Assembly: GCA_964603985.1 (NCBI GenBank)
Contig: CAZRXG010000008.1
Location: forward strand, 10,531 to 74,530
Direction: 5' to 3'
DNA from: an uncultured Anaerolineae bacterium
GTDB lineage: Bacteria; Chloroflexota; Anaerolineae; Aggregatilineales; UBA3940
DNA: 64,000 nucleotides
Shown in pieces: positions 10,616 through 18,680 of the stretch. A program made the position numbers and the translations under genes. Within the stretch, counting starts at the first letter, position 1. Every line of letters starts with the position of its first letter. The notes beneath the pieces are model-generated. The model ran no database searches. It saw nothing but the letters and a program-made list of their open reading frames with translations, and was not told where the DNA came from.

Positions 10616-12340
10616 TTATTTATCCCAGTCTTCGGCCAGCGTTGACTTGGCTTCTTTTAGATCGATCCATGCTTTGTGGCCGTGCTTTTCGAGCAGGTGG
10701 AGCAGGTTACTGCCGTTTAGCAACACCAATGGTTTGTCCTTTGCGAATTTGTAGGCATCAGGACCGTAATCGGCGGTGGTGACTAGAATGCCTTTGTTCG
10801 CACCCTCGTTCATCACGGTTCCGTAGAGGTCGCGAACCGCCGAAACACCAACAGCGTTCGTGTAACGCTTGGCCTGGATGACGATCTTACCGCCATGAAT
10901 CGGATCGGGATCAAACACAACGGCGTCGATCCCTCCATCGCGGCTTGCACGGGTCACTTTCACTTCACTGCCGGGGCCGGAGAATTCTTTCTCGAAGAGT
11001 TCGCGTACTAGGTGCTCAAAATCCTCCCAGTCCATAGCAGCCAGGTTGTCTCCCTCCCGCACGCCGTCGATGACAGCGTAGGAATCGATGAAGCGGCTGT
11101 CTTCCCGATCCATCTGGAGAATGGGGGCCACCGGTGCCATGCTGTGTAACTTGGAACTACCTACGCCCTTGAGCTTCTTGAAACAAGCTTTTGGTTCAAC
11201 GCTGGCGAGGTTTACCGCCTCGAACTCTTCTTTATCTGCCATAAGTGAGAGGACGCAGGCGTGTACTTCCTGGCCTGTTGCCGGGTCAATTGAATCCACA
11301 TATCCGTTGAAGACAACGGATATTAGAGCGTTAATCCTGTCAGCTTCGTAGAGTTCGTGGATAGTACGCAGTGCAATCTGATACAGCAGGTTATCGTAGA
11401 GCGCGTTAAGCTGCGTCTGCGAAATGTGCTTCTCGTCGAATTCGTCCCGGGTCTGTACGTATTTGACTTCTTTGAGCGTCGGTATACTGTCGACGGCGGG
11501 GAGTTGGTAGTCTACTATCAGGATCTTGCTCTCTGGATTGTAGTCCAATTCACACGACTGGGGGAAATAGTCCGGATAGTCCGAATTTGAGAGCACCATG
11601 TCACAGTAATCGACAATGGCTTCAGGATCGTTGCCTAAATATCTCTCCATCTTTGCATCAACGGACGCATTGCGTTCGTCGCGCCTTCTTAGGAAGGCTG
11701 CGCGTTTTGCGTCCCATGTCGATAAGGCTGCTTGATATTCAGACTGTAGCCTGCTGATTGTCGCGGTTGTCTTTCCTTTTGCCTCCTGCCATTGTTGGTG
11801 CTCACGTTTGAAGCGGGCTTTTCTCTCTTTTTCCCTCGCCACTCTCCGAGAAGTGAAAACACCGTCGAGGAAATCGTCCAGGAAGCCGATCTTAATCTCA
11901 TACTTCTGATCTGATAGTTGGGGTTCTCGCGGAATCTGTGGTAATGCGGGTTTCTCCGGTCTGGGCACGGGGTAGTCCGAGAAGTCTTTCAGAGATTCCC
12001 AGTCAACCGTGTCGTCCACACCAAGGGTATGAGCTAGTGTATTCTCTAGGGCAGACAAAGCCTGTTGAGCTTCCTCGGTGCGTTCGTCGGCGAGGAGTTT
12101 CTTTTCCTCAATTTCCTTTGCCCGGCGCTCGCGCTCCAATCGCTTCCTCTCGGCTTCCTGTTTGCGTTCCCACATCTCATCCCATTGCGCCATTTTTGCT
12201 TCGGCTTTTTGCTCGACTATGTAGAGGTTGTCGCCTCGAACAACTTCGTACTTGTTGAGTCCTCCGTGCCGGATCTCCAGCACATATCTTTTAAGACCGC
12301 TCTTTGTATGGGTAACCCGGATTTCACCCCTCTTGCTCAT
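10616..12340 (-). CDS. Mrr-type (PD-(D/E)xK) restriction-endonuclease-domain protein with a long N-terminal coiled-coil and uncharacterised region
   Basis: 574 aa. The C-terminus matches the Mrr_cat pattern (FEHLVRELF...DGGIDAVV...IVIQAKRY...GILVTTADYG). The N-terminus has charged coiled-coil stretches (ERKQEAERKRLERERRAKEIEEKK). The gene is AT-rich. On the minus strand, a -10-like TACAAT (12362-12367) and an SD AAGGGGGG lie upstream. Confidence 0.85.
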   Translation of the reverse strand: MSKRGEIRVTHTKSGLKRYVLEIRHGGLNKYEVVRGDNLYIVEQKAEAKMAQWDEMWERKQEAERKRLERERRAKEIEEKKLLADERTEEAQQALSALENTLAHTLGVDDTVDWESLKDFSDYPVPRPEKPALPQIPREPQLSDQKYEIKIGFLDDFLDGVFTSRRVAREKERKARFKREHQQWQEAKGKTTATISRLQSEYQAALSTWDAKRAAFLRRRDERNASVDAKMERYLGNDPEAIVDYCDMVLSNSDYPDYFPQSCELDYNPESKILIVDYQLPAVDSIPTLKEVKYVQTRDEFDEKHISQTQLNALYDNLLYQIALRTIHELYEADRINALISVVFNGYVDSIDPATGQEVHACVLSLMADKEEFEAVNLASVEPKACFKKLKGVGSSKLHSMAPVAPILQMDREDSRFIDSYAVIDGVREGDNLAAMDWEDFEHLVRELFEKEFSGPGSEVKVTRASRDGGIDAVVFDPDPIHGGKIVIQAKRYTNAVGVSAVRDLYGTVMNEGANKGILVTTADYGPDAYKFAKDKPLVLLNGSNLLHLLEKHGHKAWIDLKEAKSTLAEDWDK

Positions 12341-12634
12341 GAGGCCCCCCTTATGAAAACTATTGTATTCCAGCGAGTGACGGCCTTGCCGCTACGATGA
12401 AGATTAGCTTACTTTATGGCTGAATTAAGCCCAACGGGAGTTGGTCAGACCATACCATATAGTATGGGACATCGCAAAATGGACGCAAAAAGTGGCGGTA
12501 CTGACGTAATGACCGGCGGCGCTTTGCGCGCCGCCGTCTCTTACAGCCGGGGTTGTGGATTTCTTCGGGACTACCCGACGATGGTCACCTCCCTCGCGGG
12601 TGGCGCGTAACCGGTGTTGGGAGCACCATCCGCG

Positions 12635-13030
12635 CTATTTGACGACGACGGTCACCTCGAAGGTCCCGATGGGCGCGACATCCTCCTCCCAGGGGCGGCG
12701 GTAGACCAGCTCCAGGGCCGTCTGGCCGGGGGCGACCGCCTCGAAGGTGAAGGTGAACGTGCCGCCTGCACCGACCAGTCCCTCCGCGTTGGGGTCGGTC
12801 TCGTATTCCGGCTCGCCAGCCGACTTGAGCACGGCCTCATCGACCGAGCCGACCTCCCACAGGTAGCCGGTGGTTGGGTTGCCGACCAGCACGACCTCCA
12901 GCTTATCGCCGGTTTTCAGCTCGACGGTGCTGCCCGCGTCCTCTTCGCCCAGTTGGGTGGCAGACGATCCGCAGGCAACCAGCAGGGCGGCCAGCAAGAC
13001 TATCGCAAAGAAGCCAGGTAAACGGGACAT
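12635..13030 (-). CDS. Chagasin-family (I42) cysteine-peptidase inhibitor, lipoprotein
   Basis: The motif GNPTTGYLWE is typical of chagasin/ICP. The lipobox is LLVAC. ATG 13030 is preceded by GGAGG. Confidence 0.8.
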   Translation of the reverse strand: MSRLPGFFAIVLLAALLVACGSSATQLGEEDAGSTVELKTGDKLEVVLVGNPTTGYLWEVGSVDEAVLKSAGEPEYETDPNAEGLVGAGGTFTFTFEAVAPGQTALELVYRRPWEEDVAPIGTFEVTVVVK

Positions 13031-13083
13031 CACGTACCTCCGGTGTGAAAAGCAGACAGGACAAACATAACGGTGTGGGCCGA

Positions 13084-13431
13084 TCAATCGTCGCGGATGA
13101 AGTGCGGCATGTCGGCGGGGATCTCCAGGGACAGCTCGACCAGGCCCGCGAACTCGCCGTCGCGGTACCAGGGCATCTGGTAGATCAACTTCTTGACGCC
13201 GTGCTTCTCGATGGTGTACACGTTCGGCTCCTGGTTGTCGAGCAGGTGCTGAAGCTCGGTGCGGGCAGGCTCAGGGTGGCAGTCGAGTGCATTGGTGCCG
13301 ATCAGCTTCTCGCCGCCGTCCTCCGCGAAGACTTCGAGCGCCTCGTCGTTCATCGCCAGGATGATGCCCTCGGCGTCGCAGACGGTGATCGAGCCGGGGA
13401 ACTCCTTGACCCAGGTGTGCAGTTCTTGCAT
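13084..13431 (-). CDS. Stand-alone PAS-domain protein
   Basis: About 115 aa with a PAS-like core (VCDAEGIILAMNDEALEVF...GTNALDCHPE). ATG 13431 is preceded by GGAGG. There is no output domain. Confidence 0.7.
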   Translation of the reverse strand: MQELHTWVKEFPGSITVCDAEGIILAMNDEALEVFAEDGGEKLIGTNALDCHPEPARTELQHLLDNQEPNVYTIEKHGVKKLIYQMPWYRDGEFAGLVELSLEIPADMPHFIRDD

Positions 13432-13518
13432 GTGGCCTCCGCGTGTGGCTGATGGCATATAGCCGATGGCGTATAGCGTGTGGCGTATTTTGACGGCGTT
13501 GTCACGAAATCCGGTCGA

Positions 13519-14103
13519 TCATTTGAACGGGCCGACATACTTTTCGACGTAGCGGCGAAAGATCGCTTCTTGTTCGGGTGATTCAAACGCCCTTTTAGGG
13601 ACGAATTGAAACATATGTTTATTCATTGCATGGACCAGTAGATAGTACTGTTTTGTCTCCATTGCTTTGTGGAAGATAGCCCATTCCACTTCACTCTTCG
13701 TTTGTACAGAAGCAACGTGTAAGTGGTAGTCATCCATCACCCAGGTAATTTGTTTGAGCTTATCCTCATGTTTTTTGATCTGCTGACCGGCCAGATAAGG
13801 TCTGAGAAACAGTGTATGGAACGGAAGGAACAAGGGGACACCGATACACACTAACAGGAAGAGAGGCGAACAAGTGCCGGTGATCAGTTCCCTACCTGCC
13901 AAATTGAGCACAACAGCCCCCAGACCGACACACATCGTAAGACCGGCCATAAGGCTAAAGACAACGATGAGGATCAAAGACAACGGTTGTCGCAGCGTAA
14001 ATGCTCGAATGACACGCGAGTAATCCTCATGAGTGAGGGTAAAAGAGAGATCGAGGGGTTCCAAGGTGATCCTCCCATCAATCCTGTGTTGGGTGGTAAA
14101 CAC
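13519..14103 (-). CDS. YcxB-like membrane protein
   Basis: 194 aa with two central TM helices and a C-terminal region resembling the YcxB family (WAIFHKAMETKQYYLL). The gene is AT-rich. Confidence 0.6.
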   Translation of the reverse strand: MFTTQHRIDGRITLEPLDLSFTLTHEDYSRVIRAFTLRQPLSLILIVVFSLMAGLTMCVGLGAVVLNLAGRELITGTCSPLFLLVCIGVPLFLPFHTLFLRPYLAGQQIKKHEDKLKQITWVMDDYHLHVASVQTKSEVEWAIFHKAMETKQYYLLVHAMNKHMFQFVPKRAFESPEQEAIFRRYVEKYVGPFK

Positions 14104-14295
14104 CCCCTACCAGAGTTTTAACCTTTCTCGCCCATTTTGCAAGTGGGCGAGCTGGCTACCGGTTCTCCAGAAAAGCCGAGAGTCGAGGCTTACGGAAAAA
14201 GCCTCGACTCTGCTAAAGGGCCGGGAAGCGCGTCCCGGTGGGTGTCGGAGTGGGCGGGCGCAGGAGCGGCGCAGCAGCAGCGGCGCAAAAGCGGG

Positions 14296-15354
14296 CTAGA
14301 AGAACATCTTGGCAAGCCGCAGGATGCCTTGCTTCCAGGGGGCGCGGTGCGAGATGCCCGATTGGTGCTCGAACTGCTCCAGGTTGTCCAGATACCATTG
14401 ATAGTTGCGGATCAGGGCGTCTTTGTTGGAGTAGCGAGGCTTGAAGCCCAGCACCTTCTCGGCCTTCTCGACGCCGACAAAGGAGTCGGTGGCAGCCGTC
14501 TCGTAGACCCACTTGTAGAGCGGCGACAGGCCGAGCGCCTCCAGGATGCGCAGGGCAAGGATGACCGGCCCGGCGGGGAAGGGGATGATGCGTTTGCCAT
14601 GGCCCGCGTAGTCGAGGACGGCCTGCCAGTCTTCGCCCATGGTGGCGAACTCCTGCGCGCCGATGTTGAAGGTGTCGTTGGCGACCTCCGGGTCGAGGGT
14701 GGCGGTCAGGTAGATGGCCTCGCACAGGTCTTCCACGTCGAGAAGCTGGTAGCGGTTCTTGCCGCTGCCGATCATGGGGAAGCTCTTGCCGTCCTTGGCC
14801 CAGTCGTAGAACAGGGCGAAGACGCCCAGCCGCTCCGGGCCGATGAAGGACTTGGGGCGCAGAATGGGCACGCACATGCCTTTGGCGCGGTATTCGAGGC
14901 AGACCTCCTCGGCGAGCACCTTGGCCTCACCGTAGGGGCCGACGCCTTGTTTCTTGTCGTCTTCGTAGATGGGGTGGTGATCGGGGATGCCGTAGACGGC
15001 GGTCGAGGAGATGTGGATGAAGCGCTCGACGCCGCGCTGGAAGGCCGAGTCGATCACGTTGCGCGTGCCGTCGATGTCGGTGGAGAAGATGTCCTCCCGG
15101 CTGTAGAGAGGCAGCGCCGCCGCCGCATGCACGACGATGTCGATGCCCTCCATTGCCCGGTCGACGACCGCCCGGTCGCGGATGTCGCCGTCGATGATGG
15201 TCACGCTGTCCTTGACGTCGGGGTAGTCGAAGGGGGCAAAGTCGAGCGAGGTGACCGTGTGGCCTCGCTTCAGCAGATAGCGGATGAGGTTGATGCCCAG
15301 GAACCCCGCCCCACCGGTGATCAGGTACGATTTTTTGTCCGTCATCGGGTTCAA
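14296..15354 (-). CDS. NAD-dependent epimerase/dehydratase (SDR) family protein
   Basis: Rossmann motif TGGAGFLG and catalytic YxxxK (PYGEAKVLAE). 352 aa. Confidence 0.88.
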   Translation of the reverse strand: MNPMTDKKSYLITGGAGFLGINLIRYLLKRGHTVTSLDFAPFDYPDVKDSVTIIDGDIRDRAVVDRAMEGIDIVVHAAAALPLYSREDIFSTDIDGTRNVIDSAFQRGVERFIHISSTAVYGIPDHHPIYEDDKKQGVGPYGEAKVLAEEVCLEYRAKGMCVPILRPKSFIGPERLGVFALFYDWAKDGKSFPMIGSGKNRYQLLDVEDLCEAIYLTATLDPEVANDTFNIGAQEFATMGEDWQAVLDYAGHGKRIIPFPAGPVILALRILEALGLSPLYKWVYETAATDSFVGVEKAEKVLGFKPRYSNKDALIRNYQWYLDNLEQFEHQSGISHRAPWKQGILRLAKMFF

Positions 15355-15503
15355 TTCCTAGAGGGTCTTCGCCTTGTGGAGCGAAGACTCATGTCTCCTT
15401 GTGTAAAGTGGTAAAGCGTTGCCGGTGCCTGGAATTGCGGCTCCCGGCCCGATAGCCATCCAAACGAGCGTAGTTTATAGCCTATTTACGCTCCGGAAGC
15501 CAG

Positions 15504-16130
15504 TCATCCGGCGGGTAAGCTGCGAATCTGGCGTAAGATCCTGTCGAGGGCGTGATCAATATCCCGGCTGGTATCGACCAGGATGTGGGGGTGCTCGACG
15601 CGGCCCATGCGGGGGGAGAGCTTCTTGTAGATCTGCCAGTCGGCGTCCGAACTGCCGGGCGGCTGCTCCTCTTCGCGGCGGTCGGCCAGGCGCAGCCAGA
15701 CCAGGTAGGGTGGGGCGGTGGTCAGGATGGTGAGGGGGTGGGCACCGGCATCACCGGCAAGCTGGCGGAGTCCGGCGCGCCGCCACTCGCTCAGGTTGAC
15801 GGCGTCGCAGATCACGTCGCGGCGCTCGCCCAGCAGGCGGCGCAGCAGCGCATCGACGGCGCTGTAGACGGCGTGGTTCTCGCGGGGGGTGTAGGTCGGC
15901 GTCTCGAAGAGGGCGGCACGCACCGGGTCGCTGCCGACGAGCGTGAAGGGGGTGGCCTCGCATAAGGCGCGCGCCAGGTGGGTCTTGCCGGTGCCGGGCA
16001 GGCCGGTGAGGATCAGCAGGACGGGCGGGCGCTCGCCTGAGACGGGCGGGGAGAGCGCCAGCCCGGTGTAGATGACGTCGATGGTGGCGGGGTCGGATGG
16101 GTCGTGGGCCGGGCCGGTCGTTGCTGCCAT
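15504..16130 (-). CDS. P-loop ATPase/kinase (AAA_33-like)
   Basis: Walker A motif GLPGTGKTHLA. The size (~200 aa) is typical of small P-loop kinases. Confidence 0.7.
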   Translation of the reverse strand: MAATTGPAHDPSDPATIDVIYTGLALSPPVSGERPPVLLILTGLPGTGKTHLARALCEATPFTLVGSDPVRAALFETPTYTPRENHAVYSAVDALLRRLLGERRDVICDAVNLSEWRRAGLRQLAGDAGAHPLTILTTAPPYLVWLRLADRREEEQPPGSSDADWQIYKKLSPRMGRVEHPHILVDTSRDIDHALDRILRQIRSLPAG

Positions 16131-16170
16131 GGCCGGTCATCTCCCGACCGTCCGGCGGCGGGGATGGTGC

Positions 16171-16893
16171 TTACCCCCTCCTGCGACCGAGCAGGCCGCC
16201 CACCACGCCGAGCACGAGCACCAGCGGCGCGCAGATCATCATGCCGATGCCGATCCAAAAAGCCATACGTGCCCCACTGCGGATCGACTCAACCATCTGC
16301 ACGCGGTCGCCGCCGAAGATGCGGGCGGGGATCAGGTCGCCGGTGGTGGCCTTGCGCCCGACGATGGTGACCAGGTCGCCGTTTTTGAAGCCGCGCGTGC
16401 GCTCGGAGCCTTCGGGGAGCTTCTGGCCCTGGTAGGAGGCGGACAGCGTCCCGGTCCCGCGCACGAGCGTTTCGTGCATGCTGCCGCCCAGGGTGGCCGA
16501 ATCGACGGGGGTGGTAGTCAGCGTGCCGCCCCTGATCTCGATGGCGAGGGCGGGCACAACGCTCTCAATCGTCTCCCACGAGCCGCTCGGTGAGTCGTCC
16601 TCGTCGTCGGGCGGCTTGACATCCCAGCGCTCGTGCTGGTAGGCGATCAGGCCGTCATCGGTCAGCGTCTCGTTGCCGTTGAGGGTGCCGGTGACGGCGA
16701 CCTCCTCGCCGGTGGCAGTGGCTGCGAAGGCGGCGGCGTCAAGCTCCGGCAGGTTCTCGATGCGCCGCCACTCAAGCGCCTGCTGGGGCGAGATGACAAA
16801 GGCCAGCAGCGCCCCGCAGATCAGGAAAAGCACGGCGGCGATGACGGCTCCGACGACCGATCCAATGCGATCACGGATACCTCTCAGCAGCAT
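16171..16893 (-). CDS. Membrane protein with an N-terminal and a C-terminal TM helix (possibly GIDE-like)
   Basis: 240 aa. Hydrophobic N- and C-terminal helices flank a soluble beta-rich domain. The family assignment is tentative. Confidence 0.6.
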   Translation of the reverse strand: MLLRGIRDRIGSVVGAVIAAVLFLICGALLAFVISPQQALEWRRIENLPELDAAAFAATATGEEVAVTGTLNGNETLTDDGLIAYQHERWDVKPPDDEDDSPSGSWETIESVVPALAIEIRGGTLTTTPVDSATLGGSMHETLVRGTGTLSASYQGQKLPEGSERTRGFKNGDLVTIVGRKATTGDLIPARIFGGDRVQMVESIRSGARMAFWIGIGMMICAPLVLVLGVVGGLLGRRRG

Positions 16894-16990
16894 GGTGTTC
16901 TCCCTTTCGTTTGCCTTTACGGTTGCCGGTACGAAACGCCGCCAGAGGGTTGGCTTCGGCGGCAGGTCGATGTCGGTGCGGCGGGCAAGG

Positions 16991-17317
16991 TCAGCTCAGG
17001 TGCGGGAGCAGTTTCTCCAGCAGGCGATCCTTGGGCATGAAGCCGGTGATGCGCTCGGCGATCTGGCCGTCCTTAAAGAGGATCAGCGTAGGGATGCCCA
17101 TGATGCCAAAAGCCTGCATGGTGTTCGGGTTTTCATCGGCGTCGAGCTTGGCGACCTTGATCTGGCCGTCGTACTCCTCGGCGATCTCGGCGACGAGAGG
17201 GCCGATCATCTTACAGGGGGCACACCACTCGGCCCAGAAATCGACCAGCACCGGCTCTGCCGAATCGAGCACGTCACGCTCAAATGATTCGTCGGATGTT
17301 ACAAACGGTTCTGACAT
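16991..17317 (-). CDS. trxA: Thioredoxin
   Basis: 108 aa with the active site WAEWCAPCK. Confidence 0.95.
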   Translation of the reverse strand: MSEPFVTSDESFERDVLDSAEPVLVDFWAEWCAPCKMIGPLVAEIAEEYDGQIKVAKLDADENPNTMQAFGIMGIPTLILFKDGQIAERITGFMPKDRLLEKLLPHLS

Positions 17318-17459
17318 TCTCTTGACTCCTCGAAGATGATGTAACTACAGCCGGTATAGAGACGTTGTGTCCCGCCGGAGACTTACGCCGGAGCGCCATG
17401 ATACTACCACGCGCACAGTCGCGGGGCAAGCCCGGCCCGCAGTCGGGAGGTTTCAGGCC

Positions 17460-17486
17460 GCAGATGACGCGGATTACACAGATTTT
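17460..17486. repeat. 9-nt tandem motif GCAGATGAC|GCGGATTAC|ACAGATTTT
   Basis: Read directly. It is intergenic, between trxA and the CAP/LysM gene. Confidence 0.8.
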
Positions 17487-17541
17487 GGGCACTTTTCACC
17501 CGGCGCTGTGTGGCCGGGAACGCTCAACTGCGTAAGTCCTG

Positions 17542-18540
17542 TTATTGTTTGCGTGAAGCTAAAGTTCTCACCACTGCGATGCCTGCCAATGTCAATATTC
17601 CTAACCCTACAATCAGGTACAGCGAAGGCTTCTTTGCTCCTCTGGAAGTTCGCGAATCGGTTACATCAAGCGTTGGCACCACGCCGGTGGTCTGTCCCGG
17701 TACTACAGGAGATTCGAGCGTGGCTTCGGTGGGGGTCTGGGGTGATGGAGTATTGGTGGGTAGTGTTGGCGCACGCACAAGCAGAATGTCACCTGGATGC
17801 AGAATCGAGTCTTCTGTCAGGCCGTTGAGTGCCAGCAACTCGGCTACATCAATGCCATAGAAAGCTGCAATTGTCCAGGCCGTCTGTCCGGATTGGACTT
17901 TGTGATAGATTGCTCCGGTCTCGTCAGGTTCGCTCAGCACGAAAGGAATATCGGGGACGGCTTCGGGGACAGTTTTAGGGACGGTTTCCTGCTCCCCGGT
18001 GCTGCCCGGTGGAGAATCTCCGGCGACCCATCCAACCATCATGACGTACCATGAGTAGCCATTCGCTTCTGCATACCCAACCCCAATATGCTCGTAGTCG
18101 GATGAGACCATGGCATTGAGATGGCCCCAGTCGCTTTGCCACATTCTTACGACGAGGGCGGGGGTGTTGATGCTTGCCGTACCATGCGCGGCATTTTCCG
18201 TAGCATATGATCTTGCGCCATTGCCATAGCCTGCTGCCTGGGCTCGATCGTTGGGCGAACTGCCACCCGGCCCATCGTGACCGATATGGTTGTTTGCGGC
18301 ACTCCAACTCGCTTGAGCCTGAGCAACACCCATCAGCACCTCATCGACCTGATAGGGAGGAACACCGTAAGAAGCTCTCAGCTCATTCACGAGTCGAATG
18401 ACCTCACTCGCCGGGTCGCCCTGAGCCTGTGCAGTGGAACTTCCCAATGGACACCACAAGCAGAGAAGAAGGCAAAATAGTAACCGGCTCACATTCTCTA
18501 TCCCCTGGTTTTGCTTGGCATGGCTAAGACAGTCTACCAT
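17542..18540 (-). CDS. Secreted CAP/SCP-domain plus LysM-domain protein with a C-terminal TM anchor
   Basis: The CAP-like region reads NELRASYGVPP...GHDGPGGSSP...YSWYVMMVG. The LysM region reads YHKVQSGQTAWTIAAFYGIDVAELLALNGL. A Pro/Thr linker and a C-terminal TM helix follow. A signal peptide is present, and the start may be GTG 18492. Confidence 0.8.
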   Translation of the reverse strand: MVDCLSHAKQNQGIENVSRLLFCLLLCLWCPLGSSTAQAQGDPASEVIRLVNELRASYGVPPYQVDEVLMGVAQAQASWSAANNHIGHDGPGGSSPNDRAQAAGYGNGARSYATENAAHGTASINTPALVVRMWQSDWGHLNAMVSSDYEHIGVGYAEANGYSWYVMMVGWVAGDSPPGSTGEQETVPKTVPEAVPDIPFVLSEPDETGAIYHKVQSGQTAWTIAAFYGIDVAELLALNGLTEDSILHPGDILLVRAPTLPTNTPSPQTPTEATLESPVVPGQTTGVVPTLDVTDSRTSRGAKKPSLYLIVGLGILTLAGIAVVRTLASRKQ

Positions 18541-18680
18541 TCCTCGGCTGGCCTAGCCACGACTAACGATGTGGCGATGGGGGGCCGAGGCGCACTTTTG
18601 CCAACGCAGAGAACGCGATACACTTGTAGCAACACGATAAACCGTGTCCCTACGCAATTCGACGAGGAGAAGAAACCAGC

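Noticed and set aside
12416-12610. A small plus-strand ORF (64 aa) and a GC hairpin (about 12512-12540) in the spacer between the Mrr-like gene and the chagasin gene
   Set aside because: The ORF has no ribosome-binding site or motif and an odd composition. The hairpin lacks a U-tract on either strand.
14137-15414. Long ORFs opposite real genes: 14137-15414 (+), 30570-31799 (+), 32954-34117 (+), 34209-35489 (+), 35552-36781 (+), 40139-41395 (+), 44466-45371 (+), 52451-53839 (-), 59394-60371 (+), 59518-60648 (-) and similar
   Set aside because: Each is antisense or out of frame to a gene with clear family motifs (epimerase, GT87, Wzy/TPR, DnaJ, RmlA, GT4, RfbD, transaldolase, acyl-CoA ligase). 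All have biased Arg/Gly/Asp/Val/His composition characteristic of non-coding frames in GC-rich DNA.
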